A stretch of 64,000 nt of DNA from an uncultured Chloroflexia bacterium (GCA_963777165.1 CAVZPO010000021.1:140187-204186); one strand, 5' to 3'; counted from the stretch's first letter, positions 28,327 through 37,766 are shown. The notes: generated by a model not told the origin, from the sequence alone. Program-made: numbers and translations.

Positions 28327-29895
28327 CTAGTCCTGTCCGGCAGAGGAGAAGATGCTGCCGTCCCATGGCACGGAAAGCGCCGCCTGAAGGCCGAGGACCA
28401 GGTCGTCCTCTGGGACATACTCGGGGCTCACTCGGCCGAAGAGCACCATCACGGCTCCGGGCGACCGAAGGATCTCGCGCATCTTCTCCAGCGCCGCTTC
28501 GTCACCCCTAACCGGAACCGAGCATGGAGTGAGACCGGCACTGAAGTAGACGGCCGGGATCTCGTTCGTATACACAATTGCGGGCTTCTGCTCCCGAACG
28601 GCTTCCAGCACGGGAGAAGATCGCCATCGGGTGGCGGCGTAGCCCTGGCCGTCTTCTCGCAGCACTCGAACGGTCGAGGCGATCTGAACCCCTTGCACGC
28701 CCGCCAGACCCAGCGCGGCGACAATCACCAGCCCGCGCAACGCCGGTCGGCTCATGCGCCAAAGCCCCGTGGCACCCGCCACGAGGAGGGGTACGGCCGA
28801 AGCATACGCCGGGCTCAGGATCCGGTCGTCCAGGGGAATCCGTGGATCGAAAAGGACCAGGGAGACAGCGAGGAACCCGAGGTAGATGAAAATCCAGGCG
28901 AGCAGCACTGCCTCAAGGTCGAGACGACGCGTCCGCCGGCACTGGCGCACTATGCGAACGGCGGCGAACAAGAGCGCCAGGCCCAAGAGGGGCGGAATCA
29001 ATGATGCCAGCGATGCGTTCAGCGCTAGCCTCGTTACAGGTTGCCCCAGAGGGTTGATACCCGTCGGTAACAACCATGCCGCCACCGTCCGGGCGAGCTG
29101 TCCCAAGTTCTCCGATCCCAGTGGATGCCATTCCAGATGCCGGTTGACAGGGTTTCCGCGCAGCATCAGATTGCGGATCATCCATACGGCAAGTGGACCT
29201 GCGGCCAGGATGAGATATGCCGCCAAGGCAGCCCATCGCGCCCGCAACCCATGTGCCCTGGCTAGCCAAAGGTGGATCGCCATCACCACGGCCGCTGCAC
29301 CAAAGAGCGCCAGGCCCGCGTAGCGGAGCATCATCGCCAGACTGAGGCAGGCGGCCGAAGTGAGTAGGGCCCACACCCGATCCGACTTCAGGTACTCCGC
29401 CAGGAACAGCATACATCCGAGACAAACGACGACAAACGCCGGCTCGGTCCACGCCCAGCTGTAGACCCCCAGGATTGTGGAGGAGCTCAGCATGATCAGG
29501 CTCGCTAGAAGAGCCGCGGTATTTGACCGGGTCAGCTTGCGGACCAGGATCCCCGCCAAGAAGACTGTTGCACCGTAGGAGAGGGCGCTGATCCCTCTAG
29601 CTGCCCGCGCCGCATTGAGCCCGGCCCATTCAAGCCCCGCAAGCGCAAGCGGGTACAGTGGAGGATAGCCGGTCATGGGCTTGAGCTCACCGCAGACCGT
29701 CAGCCGTGCCAGGCCCCGCCCCTCGAGCATGCCCCGCGCGGAACTTATATAAGTGAACGAGTCCCAGGACAGCCCCACGCCGAGAGGAGTGCTTCGAACC
29801 AGGAGCCAAGCGCCGGCCGCGCTGGACACCAACAGGCATGCCCAGAAGACAAGCCCCCATCCCCTTGTCGTCTTGCGCCGCAGCACTTGGATCAT
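28327..29895 (-). CDS. GT-C-type polytopic membrane glycosyltransferase (ArnT/PMT-like)
   Basis: 522 aa; LSWDSFTYISSARGM first-loop motif; more than 10 TM segments; soluble C-terminal domain. Confidence 0.55.
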   Translation of the reverse strand: MIQVLRRKTTRGWGLVFWACLLVSSAAGAWLLVRSTPLGVGLSWDSFTYISSARGMLEGRGLARLTVCGELKPMTGYPPLYPLALAGLEWAGLNAARAARGISALSYGATVFLAGILVRKLTRSNTAALLASLIMLSSSTILGVYSWAWTEPAFVVVCLGCMLFLAEYLKSDRVWALLTSAACLSLAMMLRYAGLALFGAAAVVMAIHLWLARAHGLRARWAALAAYLILAAGPLAVWMIRNLMLRGNPVNRHLEWHPLGSENLGQLARTVAAWLLPTGINPLGQPVTRLALNASLASLIPPLLGLALLFAAVRIVRQCRRTRRLDLEAVLLAWIFIYLGFLAVSLVLFDPRIPLDDRILSPAYASAVPLLVAGATGLWRMSRPALRGLVIVAALGLAGVQGVQIASTVRVLREDGQGYAATRWRSSPVLEAVREQKPAIVYTNEIPAVYFSAGLTPCSVPVRGDEAALEKMREILRSPGAVMVLFGRVSPEYVPEDDLVLGLQAALSVPWDGSIFSSAGQD

Positions 29896-30411
29896 CGGCT
29901 ACTTTCTGCTCCCCACGAGTGTTGAATGCCGGTAGTACCGCTGACTCCACAAGCCCCACTTGAGCGGCAGCAACCAATTCTACTTTGTCTGGAGTCCTTG
30001 GTGCTCGAACGCCCGTTGCTTCAGGGCGGTCGGCCCCCGAGCAGAACGCGGTCAGGATTCTCCCACAACTGCGATGGAGGTGCTGCGAGGATGCTGGCGC
30101 CCAAGCCAGGGTACCCTGGCGCAATCAGGGTCCCAATGCGAGGGATCCGGATAGCCGCGGACACCCTCGCCCCGCGAGGGGGCGTGTCCTGATTGCATCT
30201 CTCCGGGTTCGATTGGCGAGGCCAAGGAACGTGGGACCATGCCTCCATCGGCCGTGCTCCAATCGTCCAGTGGATGAGAGCACACCGCCCACGATCGATC
30301 CGTCCGGACAGACACGGCCCCTTTCAGCCTGGTGCCGTCCCCTTCCGAGTCCCAATGCACTGAACCGCCGGCCGACCTACGCATGCGTCCCTCCCTGCCA
30401 TCCCACACTGC

Positions 30412-30440
30412 TTGACCGCCCGACGCGGCGGCGCTATACT
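30412..30440 (+). promoter_or_regulatory. candidate sigma-70-type promoter of the thiamine operon
   Basis: TTGACC (30412-30417), 17-nt spacer, TATACT (30435-30440), immediately upstream of the TPP aptamer. Confidence 0.55.
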
Positions 30441-30454
30441 CGGGGACATCCAAC

Positions 30455-30550
30455 TTGCACGGGGAGCCCGGTGTGCCGGGCTGAGAGGAGGGCTGTCAGC
30501 CCTCGACCCGCGGAACCTGATCCGGGTAATGCCGGCGGAGGGAGCACGAC
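30455..30550 (+). promoter_or_regulatory. TPP (THI-box) riboswitch
   Basis: ACGGGGAGCCCGG..CCGGGCTGAGAGGAGGGC...GCCCTCGACCC..GGAACCTGATCCGGGTAATGCCGGCGGAGGGAG contains the conserved CUGAGA, ACCUGAUC.GG.UAAUGCC.GCG.AGGGA elements. Confidence 0.85.
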
Positions 30551-30589
30551 CATCTCGTCACCATCACCCTCCCCTGCACCCGGTGGAGG

Positions 30590-31258
30590 GTGTTGCATTT
30601 GCGCGCTGTCGTGATCGCCAATGGGCGCCTGAGCCATCCGTCCGAGGACCGCGCCCGCATGCGCCCCGACGACTGGATCCTGGCTGCCGACGGCGGTCTG
30701 CACAACTGCCGCCGGCTGGGACTGTCACCGGCCGTGGTCATTGGCGACTTCGACTCGATCGACGCCGCCGAACTTGCCGCGCTCCAGGCGACCATCGTCC
30801 GCCACCCGGAACGAAAGGACGAGACCGACCTCGAGCTGGCGCTCGAGTATGCCGTTCGTCATGGCGCACAGGAGGTATTGATCCTTGGCGCCCTGGGCGA
30901 CCGCTGGGATCAGACACTGGCCAACGCGCTGCTCCTGGCCTCCCCCACCCTGTCCGAGGTTCGCACCTGGCTGGCGGACGGTTCGCAGCAGGTGACGCTG
31001 GCCCGTCCGGGCGACTCGCTCGTGCTCCACGGCCACCGGGGCGACACGCTCTCCCTCCTGCCTCTGGCCGGCGATGCATACGGTGTCACGACCGAAGGGC
31101 TCGAGTATCCACTCCTCGATGAGACGCTCCACTTCGCCGCCACCCGCGGCGTCAGCAACACGATGCTCGGAACGACGGCGACGGTTCACCTCAAAGCGGG
31201 CCTGCTGCTCGTGGTGCAACTTCAGTCCGCCGTGGCTCCCAAGGAGGACCCGCAATGA
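30590..31258 (+). CDS. thiN: thiamine pyrophosphokinase
   Basis: AVVIANG....ILAADGGL..........VVIGDFDSI........HPERKDETDLELAL; C-terminal thiamine-binding domain. The true start is probably TTG 30599, 7-9 nt after GGAGG. Confidence 0.8.
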   Translation: MLHLRAVVIANGRLSHPSEDRARMRPDDWILAADGGLHNCRRLGLSPAVVIGDFDSIDAAELAALQATIVRHPERKDETDLELALEYAVRHGAQEVLILGALGDRWDQTLANALLLASPTLSEVRTWLADGSQQVTLARPGDSLVLHGHRGDTLSLLPLAGDAYGVTTEGLEYPLLDETLHFAATRGVSNTMLGTTATVHLKAGLLLVVQLQSAVAPKEDPQ

Positions 31259-32331
31259 TCCGAGGCACACTGGCAGCCCTCCTCCTGGTCGGGATGCTGG
31301 CTGGTTGCGCTCCTCCGCCGGCCGCCGGGCCGGCACCGGTCGCCACCATCCCTCCCTCTCCGTCGATTCTGACCGTCATGACGCACGACTCGTTCAGCAT
31401 CTCCGCCTCGGTCCTAGCCGAGTTCGAGCGCACACACAATGCCAAGGTGCAGTTCGTCAAAGCCGGCGACGCCGGCACGATGCTCAACAAGGCCATCCTG
31501 GCCAAGGGCAGCCCGCTGGCCGACGTGCTCTACGGCGTCGACAACACGTACCTTTCGCGCGCCCTGCGGGAAGGCATCCTCGAAGCCTACAACTCCCCGC
31601 TGCTTGCCGATCTGCCGGAGACGGTGCGCCTCGATCCGGAGAACCGCGCCCTGCCGATCGACTACGGCGACGTGTGCCTCAACTACGACAAGGCGTATTT
31701 CGCCGAGAAGCGACTTGCGCCGCCCAAGTCGCTCAATGACCTGACCCAGCCCGAGTACAAGAGCTTGCTTGTGGTTGAAGACCCGTCCACCTCGTCTACC
31801 GGTCTGGCCTTCCTGATCGCTACCGTCGGGGCCTTCGGCGACCCAGGATACCTGGCCTACTGGGAAGCGTTGGTGGCGAACGACGTCCTGGTCGTCAGCG
31901 GCTGGGAGACGGCCTACAACACCGAGTTCAGCGGGTCCTCCGGGCGCGGCCCGCGGCCCGTGGTCGTGTCGTACGGCTCCAGCCCGGTGTTCGAGATGGT
32001 CTACGCCGCCACGCCGCCCAGTGAGCCCCCGACGGCCGCGGTGGTCGACGACGACACCTGCTTCCGCCAGATCGAATTCGCCGGAATCCTGGTGGGCACG
32101 GCCAACCGCCCGTTGGCCGAGGCCTGGATCGATTTCATGCTTTCCCCGTCCTTCCAGCAGGACCTTCCGCTGCAGATGTATGTGTTCCCGGTTAGTCCGT
32201 CGGCGCAGCTCGACCCGGTCTTCCAGAAGTACCTCGCGGTTCCGGACAAGCCAGTGAGCGTCAGTCCACAGGAGATCGACGCCAACCGCGAAACGTGGAT
32301 CAAGGCCTGGCGCGAGGTTGTGCTGCGTTGA
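31255..32331 (+). CDS. thiB: thiamine ABC transporter substrate-binding lipoprotein
   Basis: Lipobox LLVGMLAGC. Periplasmic binding protein fold of the Fe3+/thiamine family. Operon context behind the TPP riboswitch. Confidence 0.75.
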   Translation: MIRGTLAALLLVGMLAGCAPPPAAGPAPVATIPPSPSILTVMTHDSFSISASVLAEFERTHNAKVQFVKAGDAGTMLNKAILAKGSPLADVLYGVDNTYLSRALREGILEAYNSPLLADLPETVRLDPENRALPIDYGDVCLNYDKAYFAEKRLAPPKSLNDLTQPEYKSLLVVEDPSTSSTGLAFLIATVGAFGDPGYLAYWEALVANDVLVVSGWETAYNTEFSGSSGRGPRPVVVSYGSSPVFEMVYAATPPSEPPTAAVVDDDTCFRQIEFAGILVGTANRPLAEAWIDFMLSPSFQQDLPLQMYVFPVSPSAQLDPVFQKYLAVPDKPVSVSPQEIDANRETWIKAWREVVLR

Positions 32332-34064
32332 TGCCTGCCGGTCCCCGATCGGACGCCACGCGCCTGCGCTCGGCCGTACGCACGGCAGGGCTGTGGGGCG
32401 CGCCGCTCATCTTTCTGGCGCTGTTCTACGCGTTGCCGATGGTGCAGGTCCTGCGGCTCAGTCTAGCGCGCGGCGCCAGCCTGGCAGCGCCCTTCGTGGA
32501 AGCGCTCGGCTCGCCGGGCGTGCGCGGCGTCATCGGATTCACCTTCCTGCAGGCATCGCTCTCGACGGTGCTCACCCTGCTTCTCGGACTTCCCGGCGCC
32601 TACCTGCTGGCGCGCTACTCGTTCCGCGGGCGTTCGGTGCTGCTGGCCTTGACGTCCGTGCCCTTCGTCATGCCGACGCTGGTCGTCGGCGCGGCCTTCC
32701 AGGCACTCCTCGGCCCGCGCGGCTGGGTCAACCTGGCCCTGATGGCGGCCCTCGGGCTGTCGCAGCCTCCGATTGCCTTTCTGAATTCACTGGGTGCGAT
32801 CCTGCTGGCGCATGTCTTCTACAACACCAGCATCGTCCTGCGCATGGTCGGTGACTTCTGGTCGCATCTCGATCCGCGGATCGAGGCCGCCGCTCGCACA
32901 CTGGGAGCCAGCCGCTGGCAGGTCCTGCGCCGCGTCACGCTCCCGCTCTTGATGCCGGCGATCGCCGCCGCCTCGCTCCTGGTCTTCCTGTTCGATTTCA
33001 CCTCCTTCGGCGTGATCCTGATCCTGGGCGGACCGCGCCTGGCGACGCTCGAGGTCGAGATCTACAACCAGACGGTCGGACTCTTCAACCTGCCGCTGGC
33101 CGCGGCTTTGTCGATCCTCCAGTTGGCCTTCACGCTGCTGCTGACCATCGCATACACGCGCCTGGCAGCCAGGGCCTCCCGTCCCCTCAGCCTGCGCCCG
33201 CGCCGACTTACCCAACAGCCTTTGGTGGGGGTGCGCCGGCGTCTGGCCGCAGGAATGATGGTCGGCCTGCTGCTCGCGCTGCTCGTCACACCCCTGGTCG
33301 CGCTGGCGGCGCGCTCCGTAACCCGGCTCGACCCCGAGCGCGGGCAGGCGACCCAGGTTGCACGCGGCCTGACGGGCGACTTCTACCGCGAGCTGTGGGT
33401 CAATCGCCGCGAGTCGGTTTTCTACGTGCCCCCGTCGACCGCCGTCGGCGTCTCGCTAGCGTACGCCGCGGCCACGGTTGTGCTGTCGCTGTCGCTCGGG
33501 CTGCCTGCCGCCTGGGCGCTCGCCTACCGCCCCGCATCGACCGTCAGCCGTCTCTTCGATCCACTGTTGCTGCTTCCGCTGGGCACCTCGGCGGTTACGC
33601 TGGGACTGGGATTCATCGTCGCCCTCAACCGACCGCCGCTCGATCTGCGCGCCTCGCCCTTGCTCGTGCCGCTGGCGCACACGCTTGTCGCGCTGCCGTT
33701 CGTCGTACGAAGCCTGACCCCATCGCTTCGGAGCATCCGCCCGCGATTGCGGCAGGCGGCCGCCGTGCTCGGCGCCGGCCCGGCACAGGTCGTCGCCCGC
33801 ATCGATCTCCCCCTCGTCGGCCGGGCGCTGCTCGTCGCGGCGGCGTTCGCTTTCTCGATCTCGCTCGGAGAGTTCGGCGCCACGGCCCTGATCGCCCGCC
33901 CCGAATTCCCGACCATCCCCCTGATGATCTACCGCTTCCTGTCGCTGCCCGGCGCACTGAACTACGGACAGGCCCTGGCCCTGAGCACGATCCTGATGGT
34001 CGTTTGCGCCGCGGCGATGCTGGGCATCGAGCGGTTGAGGATTGCCGATGTCGGGGAGTTCTAG
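32331..34064 (+). CDS. thiP: thiamine ABC transporter permease (duplicated 6-TM domain)
   Basis: Two BPD-transporter EAA-loop regions (AARTLGASRWQVLRRVTLPLL and AAAVLGAGPAQVVARIDLPLV). ATG 32331 overlaps the thiB stop. Confidence 0.8.
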   Translation: MPAGPRSDATRLRSAVRTAGLWGAPLIFLALFYALPMVQVLRLSLARGASLAAPFVEALGSPGVRGVIGFTFLQASLSTVLTLLLGLPGAYLLARYSFRGRSVLLALTSVPFVMPTLVVGAAFQALLGPRGWVNLALMAALGLSQPPIAFLNSLGAILLAHVFYNTSIVLRMVGDFWSHLDPRIEAAARTLGASRWQVLRRVTLPLLMPAIAAASLLVFLFDFTSFGVILILGGPRLATLEVEIYNQTVGLFNLPLAAALSILQLAFTLLLTIAYTRLAARASRPLSLRPRRLTQQPLVGVRRRLAAGMMVGLLLALLVTPLVALAARSVTRLDPERGQATQVARGLTGDFYRELWVNRRESVFYVPPSTAVGVSLAYAAATVVLSLSLGLPAAWALAYRPASTVSRLFDPLLLLPLGTSAVTLGLGFIVALNRPPLDLRASPLLVPLAHTLVALPFVVRSLTPSLRSIRPRLRQAAAVLGAGPAQVVARIDLPLVGRALLVAAAFAFSISLGEFGATALIARPEFPTIPLMIYRFLSLPGALNYGQALALSTILMVVCAAAMLGIERLRIADVGEF

Positions 34065-35145
34065 CTCAGGTAACCACACTCCCGGCGCGCTCCAAGGCGA
34101 GGGCGGCGGGGTGGACGCTGCATGCACGGGGCTGAGCCTCGCGGGGATCTGCAAGGCATACGGCGCCACGCAGGCGCTCGACGGCGTCTCACTGTGTGTC
34201 CCCCTTGGGTCGATCGTCGCCGTCCTCGGGCCGAGCGGCTCGGGGAAATCCACACTGCTCTCGATCATCGCCGGGCTCGAGTTGCCCGACACCGGCCGGG
34301 TCCTTTGGGAAGGCGACCCGCTGGAAGGCGTTCCGGCCCATCGCCGCGGTTTCGGCCTGATGTTCCAGGACTTCGCCCTGTTCCCGCACCTGAACGTCGA
34401 ACGCAACGTCGCCTTCGGGCTTCAGATGCAGGGCCTGGAGGCGGAGCGCACCGGAGCTCGCGTCCAGGAGTGCCTCGAACAGGTCGGCCTCGCCGGCTTC
34501 GAACGGCGCGACGTGCAGACGCTCTCCGGCGGCGAGCAGCAGCGCGTGGCGCTCGCCCGCGCCCTGGCGCCGCGCCCGCGGCTGCTGATGCTCGACGAGC
34601 CGCTCGGCGCCCTCGACCGGTCGCTAAGAGAACGCCTGTTAGGGGAGATTCACCGCATCCTGCGCGCCGCCCGTCAGACCGCCCTGGTGGTTACGCACGA
34701 TCAGGAAGAGGCCTTCGGGCTGGCCGATCAGATCGTGATCCTCGACGCCGGCCGCGTCGTGCAGGAGGGTCAACCTCAGGATGTGTATCACCACCCGGCA
34801 TCGGCGGCCGTGGCGCGCTTTCTCGGTCTGACCAACCTGGTCCCCGGCGAAGCGGCACCCGGAGGAATCCGGACCGCGCTCGGGCTGCTTCCGGTCAACG
34901 GGCCCTCCTCCGGGCCCTGCACCGTACTCCTGCGGCCCGACGCCGCACGGCTGGACGGGCAGGGTCCCCTGGTGCTTGAGGCGACGCTCCTCGAGAAGAC
35001 CTTTCGTGGCCCGACGTGCATTCTCGGCGTCCAGGCGTCTGGCCTCCACCTGAGCTTCGAGGTGCCATCGGCCTCGCTCCTGCCGTCCGAAGGCAGCCCG
35101 CTCCGACTGTCGCTCGATCCGAGGGCTTTCCAGGTCTTCGCATGA
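34042..35145 (+). CDS. thiQ: thiamine ABC transporter ATP-binding protein
   Basis: Walker A GPSGSGKST; signature LSGGEQQRVALARAL; Walker B LLMLDEP. Has a C-terminal regulatory (TOBE-like) domain. Confidence 0.85.
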   Translation: MPMSGSSSSGNHTPGALQGEGGGVDAACTGLSLAGICKAYGATQALDGVSLCVPLGSIVAVLGPSGSGKSTLLSIIAGLELPDTGRVLWEGDPLEGVPAHRRGFGLMFQDFALFPHLNVERNVAFGLQMQGLEAERTGARVQECLEQVGLAGFERRDVQTLSGGEQQRVALARALAPRPRLLMLDEPLGALDRSLRERLLGEIHRILRAARQTALVVTHDQEEAFGLADQIVILDAGRVVQEGQPQDVYHHPASAAVARFLGLTNLVPGEAAPGGIRTALGLLPVNGPSSGPCTVLLRPDAARLDGQGPLVLEATLLEKTFRGPTCILGVQASGLHLSFEVPSASLLPSEGSPLRLSLDPRAFQVFA

Positions 35146-35633
35146 CCGAGGCGATCACCGTCCACAAGCTGGACGCTGCCGGGCGAGAAGTCTGGTCCTA
35201 TCCGACTCGCCTGCTCGCCCGCGGCGCAACCTGGGTAAGGCTGGAGGCGCGCTTCGACCGCGGCGACGTCGATTTTCCGGGGCTCAGCCTGCGGCGTGGC
35301 GACCGGATGGTCGAAACGTTCTACGCCGACCGGCACTACAACGTCTTCGCCGTGTATGACGGCCCCAGGGGAACTCTCAAGGGCTGGTACTGCAACATCA
35401 CACGTCCGGCACGACTCGAAGCGCAGCAGGTGTTCGCCGAGGATCTCGCATTGGACCTGCTGGTCTATCCAGGGGGTGGTGACCTGGTATTGGATGAAGA
35501 CGAGTTCGACGCGCTGGGCCTCTCAGCCCCCGAGCAATCACTGGCACGCCGGGCGCTGGACGAACTGAGGCACCTGGCGGGCCGTCGTCTGGATCCCTTC
35601 GCCGAGCCGCCCAATGACAGCGCCCCCGCCTGA
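35142..35633 (+). CDS. DUF402 domain protein (FomD/Ntdp-like nucleotide phosphatase fold)
   Basis: ATG 35142 overlaps the thiQ stop (ATGA). YADRHYNVFAVYD....KGWYCNITRP........EDLALDLLVYPGG matches DUF402. Confidence 0.65.
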   Translation: MTEAITVHKLDAAGREVWSYPTRLLARGATWVRLEARFDRGDVDFPGLSLRRGDRMVETFYADRHYNVFAVYDGPRGTLKGWYCNITRPARLEAQQVFAEDLALDLLVYPGGGDLVLDEDEFDALGLSAPEQSLARRALDELRHLAGRRLDPFAEPPNDSAPA

Positions 35634-35678
35634 GCGGGGGCGCTTGTTCATGCGCACATCGTGTGTCCGGTGAGGAGG

Positions 35679-35888
35679 TCAGGCGATCGGCAGGCCAGCC
35701 AGCAGCAGACTGGTTCCAAGGAACTGATCGCCGTTGCTCCACAGCCACGGGATCAGCCACTTGACTCCGGCGAATATCCCAACGCACAGACAGCACAGAA
35801 CCAAGACAATGATCAACACGACCAGCCAGGTGCGGGACTTCTTCGGCGGTGCCGGCTCACCTACCGGCGGCATCGGTGTAGCGGTCAT
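35679..35888 (-). CDS. small membrane protein
   Basis: 69 aa with two hydrophobic helices (WLVVLIIVLVLCCLCVGIFAG). No family recognised. Confidence 0.4.
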   Translation of the reverse strand: MTATPMPPVGEPAPPKKSRTWLVVLIIVLVLCCLCVGIFAGVKWLIPWLWSNGDQFLGTSLLLAGLPIA

Positions 35889-35932
35889 CGAACTCCTCCT
35901 TGGGGCTCAGGCATTCACGTAGTATAGCCCGA

Positions 35933-36295
35933 TCAGACGAAGGCGGCGAGGAGCAGGAAGGAGGAGCTATCGGCGCTCCAGATCCCGAGGCCCAGGCAGA
36001 GGGGCAAGAGGACAGCCGCGCCGGTGATGCACACGCCGATGACCGTCAGGCCAATTCCCACCCATCCGAGGATCGCTCCTGCCGTGGCCAGTCCCTCGCC
36101 CGACTGCGCGCCGCCGGAGGCGGCGATGTCACGCTTGGCGATCGGCCCGGTGATCACGGCCACGATGCTTCCGACGAACGGCAACAGCGAGAGGCCCAGG
36201 ATTCCGGCCACCAGGCTAACAACGGCCATCGTGCTGGTAGACGCGCCGGCCGGCACGGGCGCCGAACCGGAAGCGGGCGGGGTTTGCAGCGACAT
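35933..36295 (-). CDS. DUF4190-like membrane protein
   Basis: MAVVSLVAGILGLSLLPFVGSIVAVITGPIAKRDI....GEGLATAGAILGWVGIGL is the typical DUF4190 pattern. Confidence 0.6.
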   Translation of the reverse strand: MSLQTPPASGSAPVPAGASTSTMAVVSLVAGILGLSLLPFVGSIVAVITGPIAKRDIAASGGAQSGEGLATAGAILGWVGIGLTVIGVCITGAAVLLPLCLGLGIWSADSSSFLLLAAFV

Positions 36296-36322
36296 AGTGC
36301 GACTCCTTCGCGTGGGCCGCCG

Positions 36323-36892
36323 TCAGGCGGTCTGGATCTGGTTCGCCCGGCGCCAGAGCCACCAGACGACAAAGGCCGTGACCACGATCATCAGCGCCGC
36401 GATCAGGACCGGGACGACGACGGCCAGGATCGAGAGCACCGTGGCGACCACATCCTCCAGGATACTGATCGGGACGTTCCCGGCGCCGGCCGTCGTGGCT
36501 GTGACCGCCGGCCGAATGGCCAGCGCCTTGGTGGCGTGCACGCTGCCGGCGACGACCAGCCCGGCGATGATCGCCACGATCGGGTGGATGTGCGTGGCGG
36601 CGCCGGTGCTGGCGGCGAACAGGACGGCACCGGCCGCCGGGCGCACGAAGCTCTGCACCACATCGTTGACGTGATTGACCGCCGGGAACTTGTCGGCGAA
36701 GAACTCGACCAGCGTCAGGATCGCCAGCGCCCCGATCACCCACCAACTGCTCAACGCATCCCACGGCTCGCTCAGCGTCACCCAGTTGGTGAAGCGTGCC
36801 ATGAGCGACACGATCAGCAGCGGGATGTAGGCATTCAGTCCGGCGCTGGCCGACAACCCAAAGGCCGCCAGCACACTGCTCACTCCGTTCAT
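36323..36892 (-). CDS. DUF4126 family membrane protein
   Basis: FGLSASAGLNAYIPLL......EFFADKFPAVNHVNDVVQSFVRPAAGA is typical of DUF4126. The start may be 36922. Confidence 0.7.
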   Translation of the reverse strand: MNGVSSVLAAFGLSASAGLNAYIPLLIVSLMARFTNWVTLSEPWDALSSWWVIGALAILTLVEFFADKFPAVNHVNDVVQSFVRPAAGAVLFAASTGAATHIHPIVAIIAGLVVAGSVHATKALAIRPAVTATTAGAGNVPISILEDVVATVLSILAVVVPVLIAALMIVVTAFVVWWLWRRANQIQTA

Positions 36893-36941
36893 TTTGCGCG
36901 TGCCTCCCCCCGACAGGGACACCTGCCGGATTCCAGGCGGG

Positions 36942-37766
36942 CTACAGAGCGAACCCGCTCCACGTGCCCGTCAAAACATAGCGTATCACATCCAGGCCGC
37001 CGATCTGCAGCAGAGCCAGGATGAACCCGGCCATCGCCGGGACAACCAACTGCCGCGGGTGCGCGATCCGATTCTCGCGACCACTGAGCAGCAGCGCCAG
37101 CATCGCATACACGATCGTGAGCAGGAGCACTACGCCCAGGCTGCTCACCAGCGCCAGCGGGTAGAGTACCAGTGGGTTCTCGGTCAGGACGAGCAAGTCG
37201 ATGCCCAGGGCGGCGACGACGAGCAACCCCAGGTCGGCCCACGACGATAGCGAACGCCTCGGGTCCACCTTGGTCCAGACCGCCTGGTTGAAGCCGGGGG
37301 CGACCAGCACCCCTATCCCCAGTCCGAGGCCTGTCCCGGTCAGCAGCCTGAGCGTGTTGCCTGGCGCATACAGGTGCGGGGCGCCCGGGAAGAAGCTCAG
37401 GTAGGAGTTCGATCCGTCGATGACGAAGGCGGCGGCGAAGACCCCCAGCACGGCCAGGAGCCGCCGAGGCGGGAATTGACCTGCCAGCCCCCGGCCGCGC
37501 ATAAGCAGGTAGACGAAGGCCAAGGTCGAGCCGAGATACATCCCCGTGCAGCGGGCGCACAACGGCAGTTGCCGATCGCCGAGGTGGAACGACCGCAGGT
37601 CGATGCGGTGGCACACGGCGTAGCCCACAGCATCCGCTTTCCCGAGCAGGCCGTGCGGCGTGTAGATCAGCCAGATGAGCAGCACGGCGACTGCCAGCAA
37701 GATCAACACCAGGCGCGGCGCCCAGGACCGAAGGGGACTCGTCGGTGCGGGATCGGGGGAAGTCAT
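36942..37766 (-). CDS. DUF2085 family membrane protein
   Basis: YAVCHRIDLRSFHLGDRQLPLCARCTGMYLG is the DUF2085 Cys motif. The start is taken at ATG 37766. Confidence 0.7.
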   Translation of the reverse strand: MTSPDPAPTSPLRSWAPRLVLILLAVAVLLIWLIYTPHGLLGKADAVGYAVCHRIDLRSFHLGDRQLPLCARCTGMYLGSTLAFVYLLMRGRGLAGQFPPRRLLAVLGVFAAAFVIDGSNSYLSFFPGAPHLYAPGNTLRLLTGTGLGLGIGVLVAPGFNQAVWTKVDPRRSLSSWADLGLLVVAALGIDLLVLTENPLVLYPLALVSSLGVVLLLTIVYAMLALLLSGRENRIAHPRQLVVPAMAGFILALLQIGGLDVIRYVLTGTWSGFAL

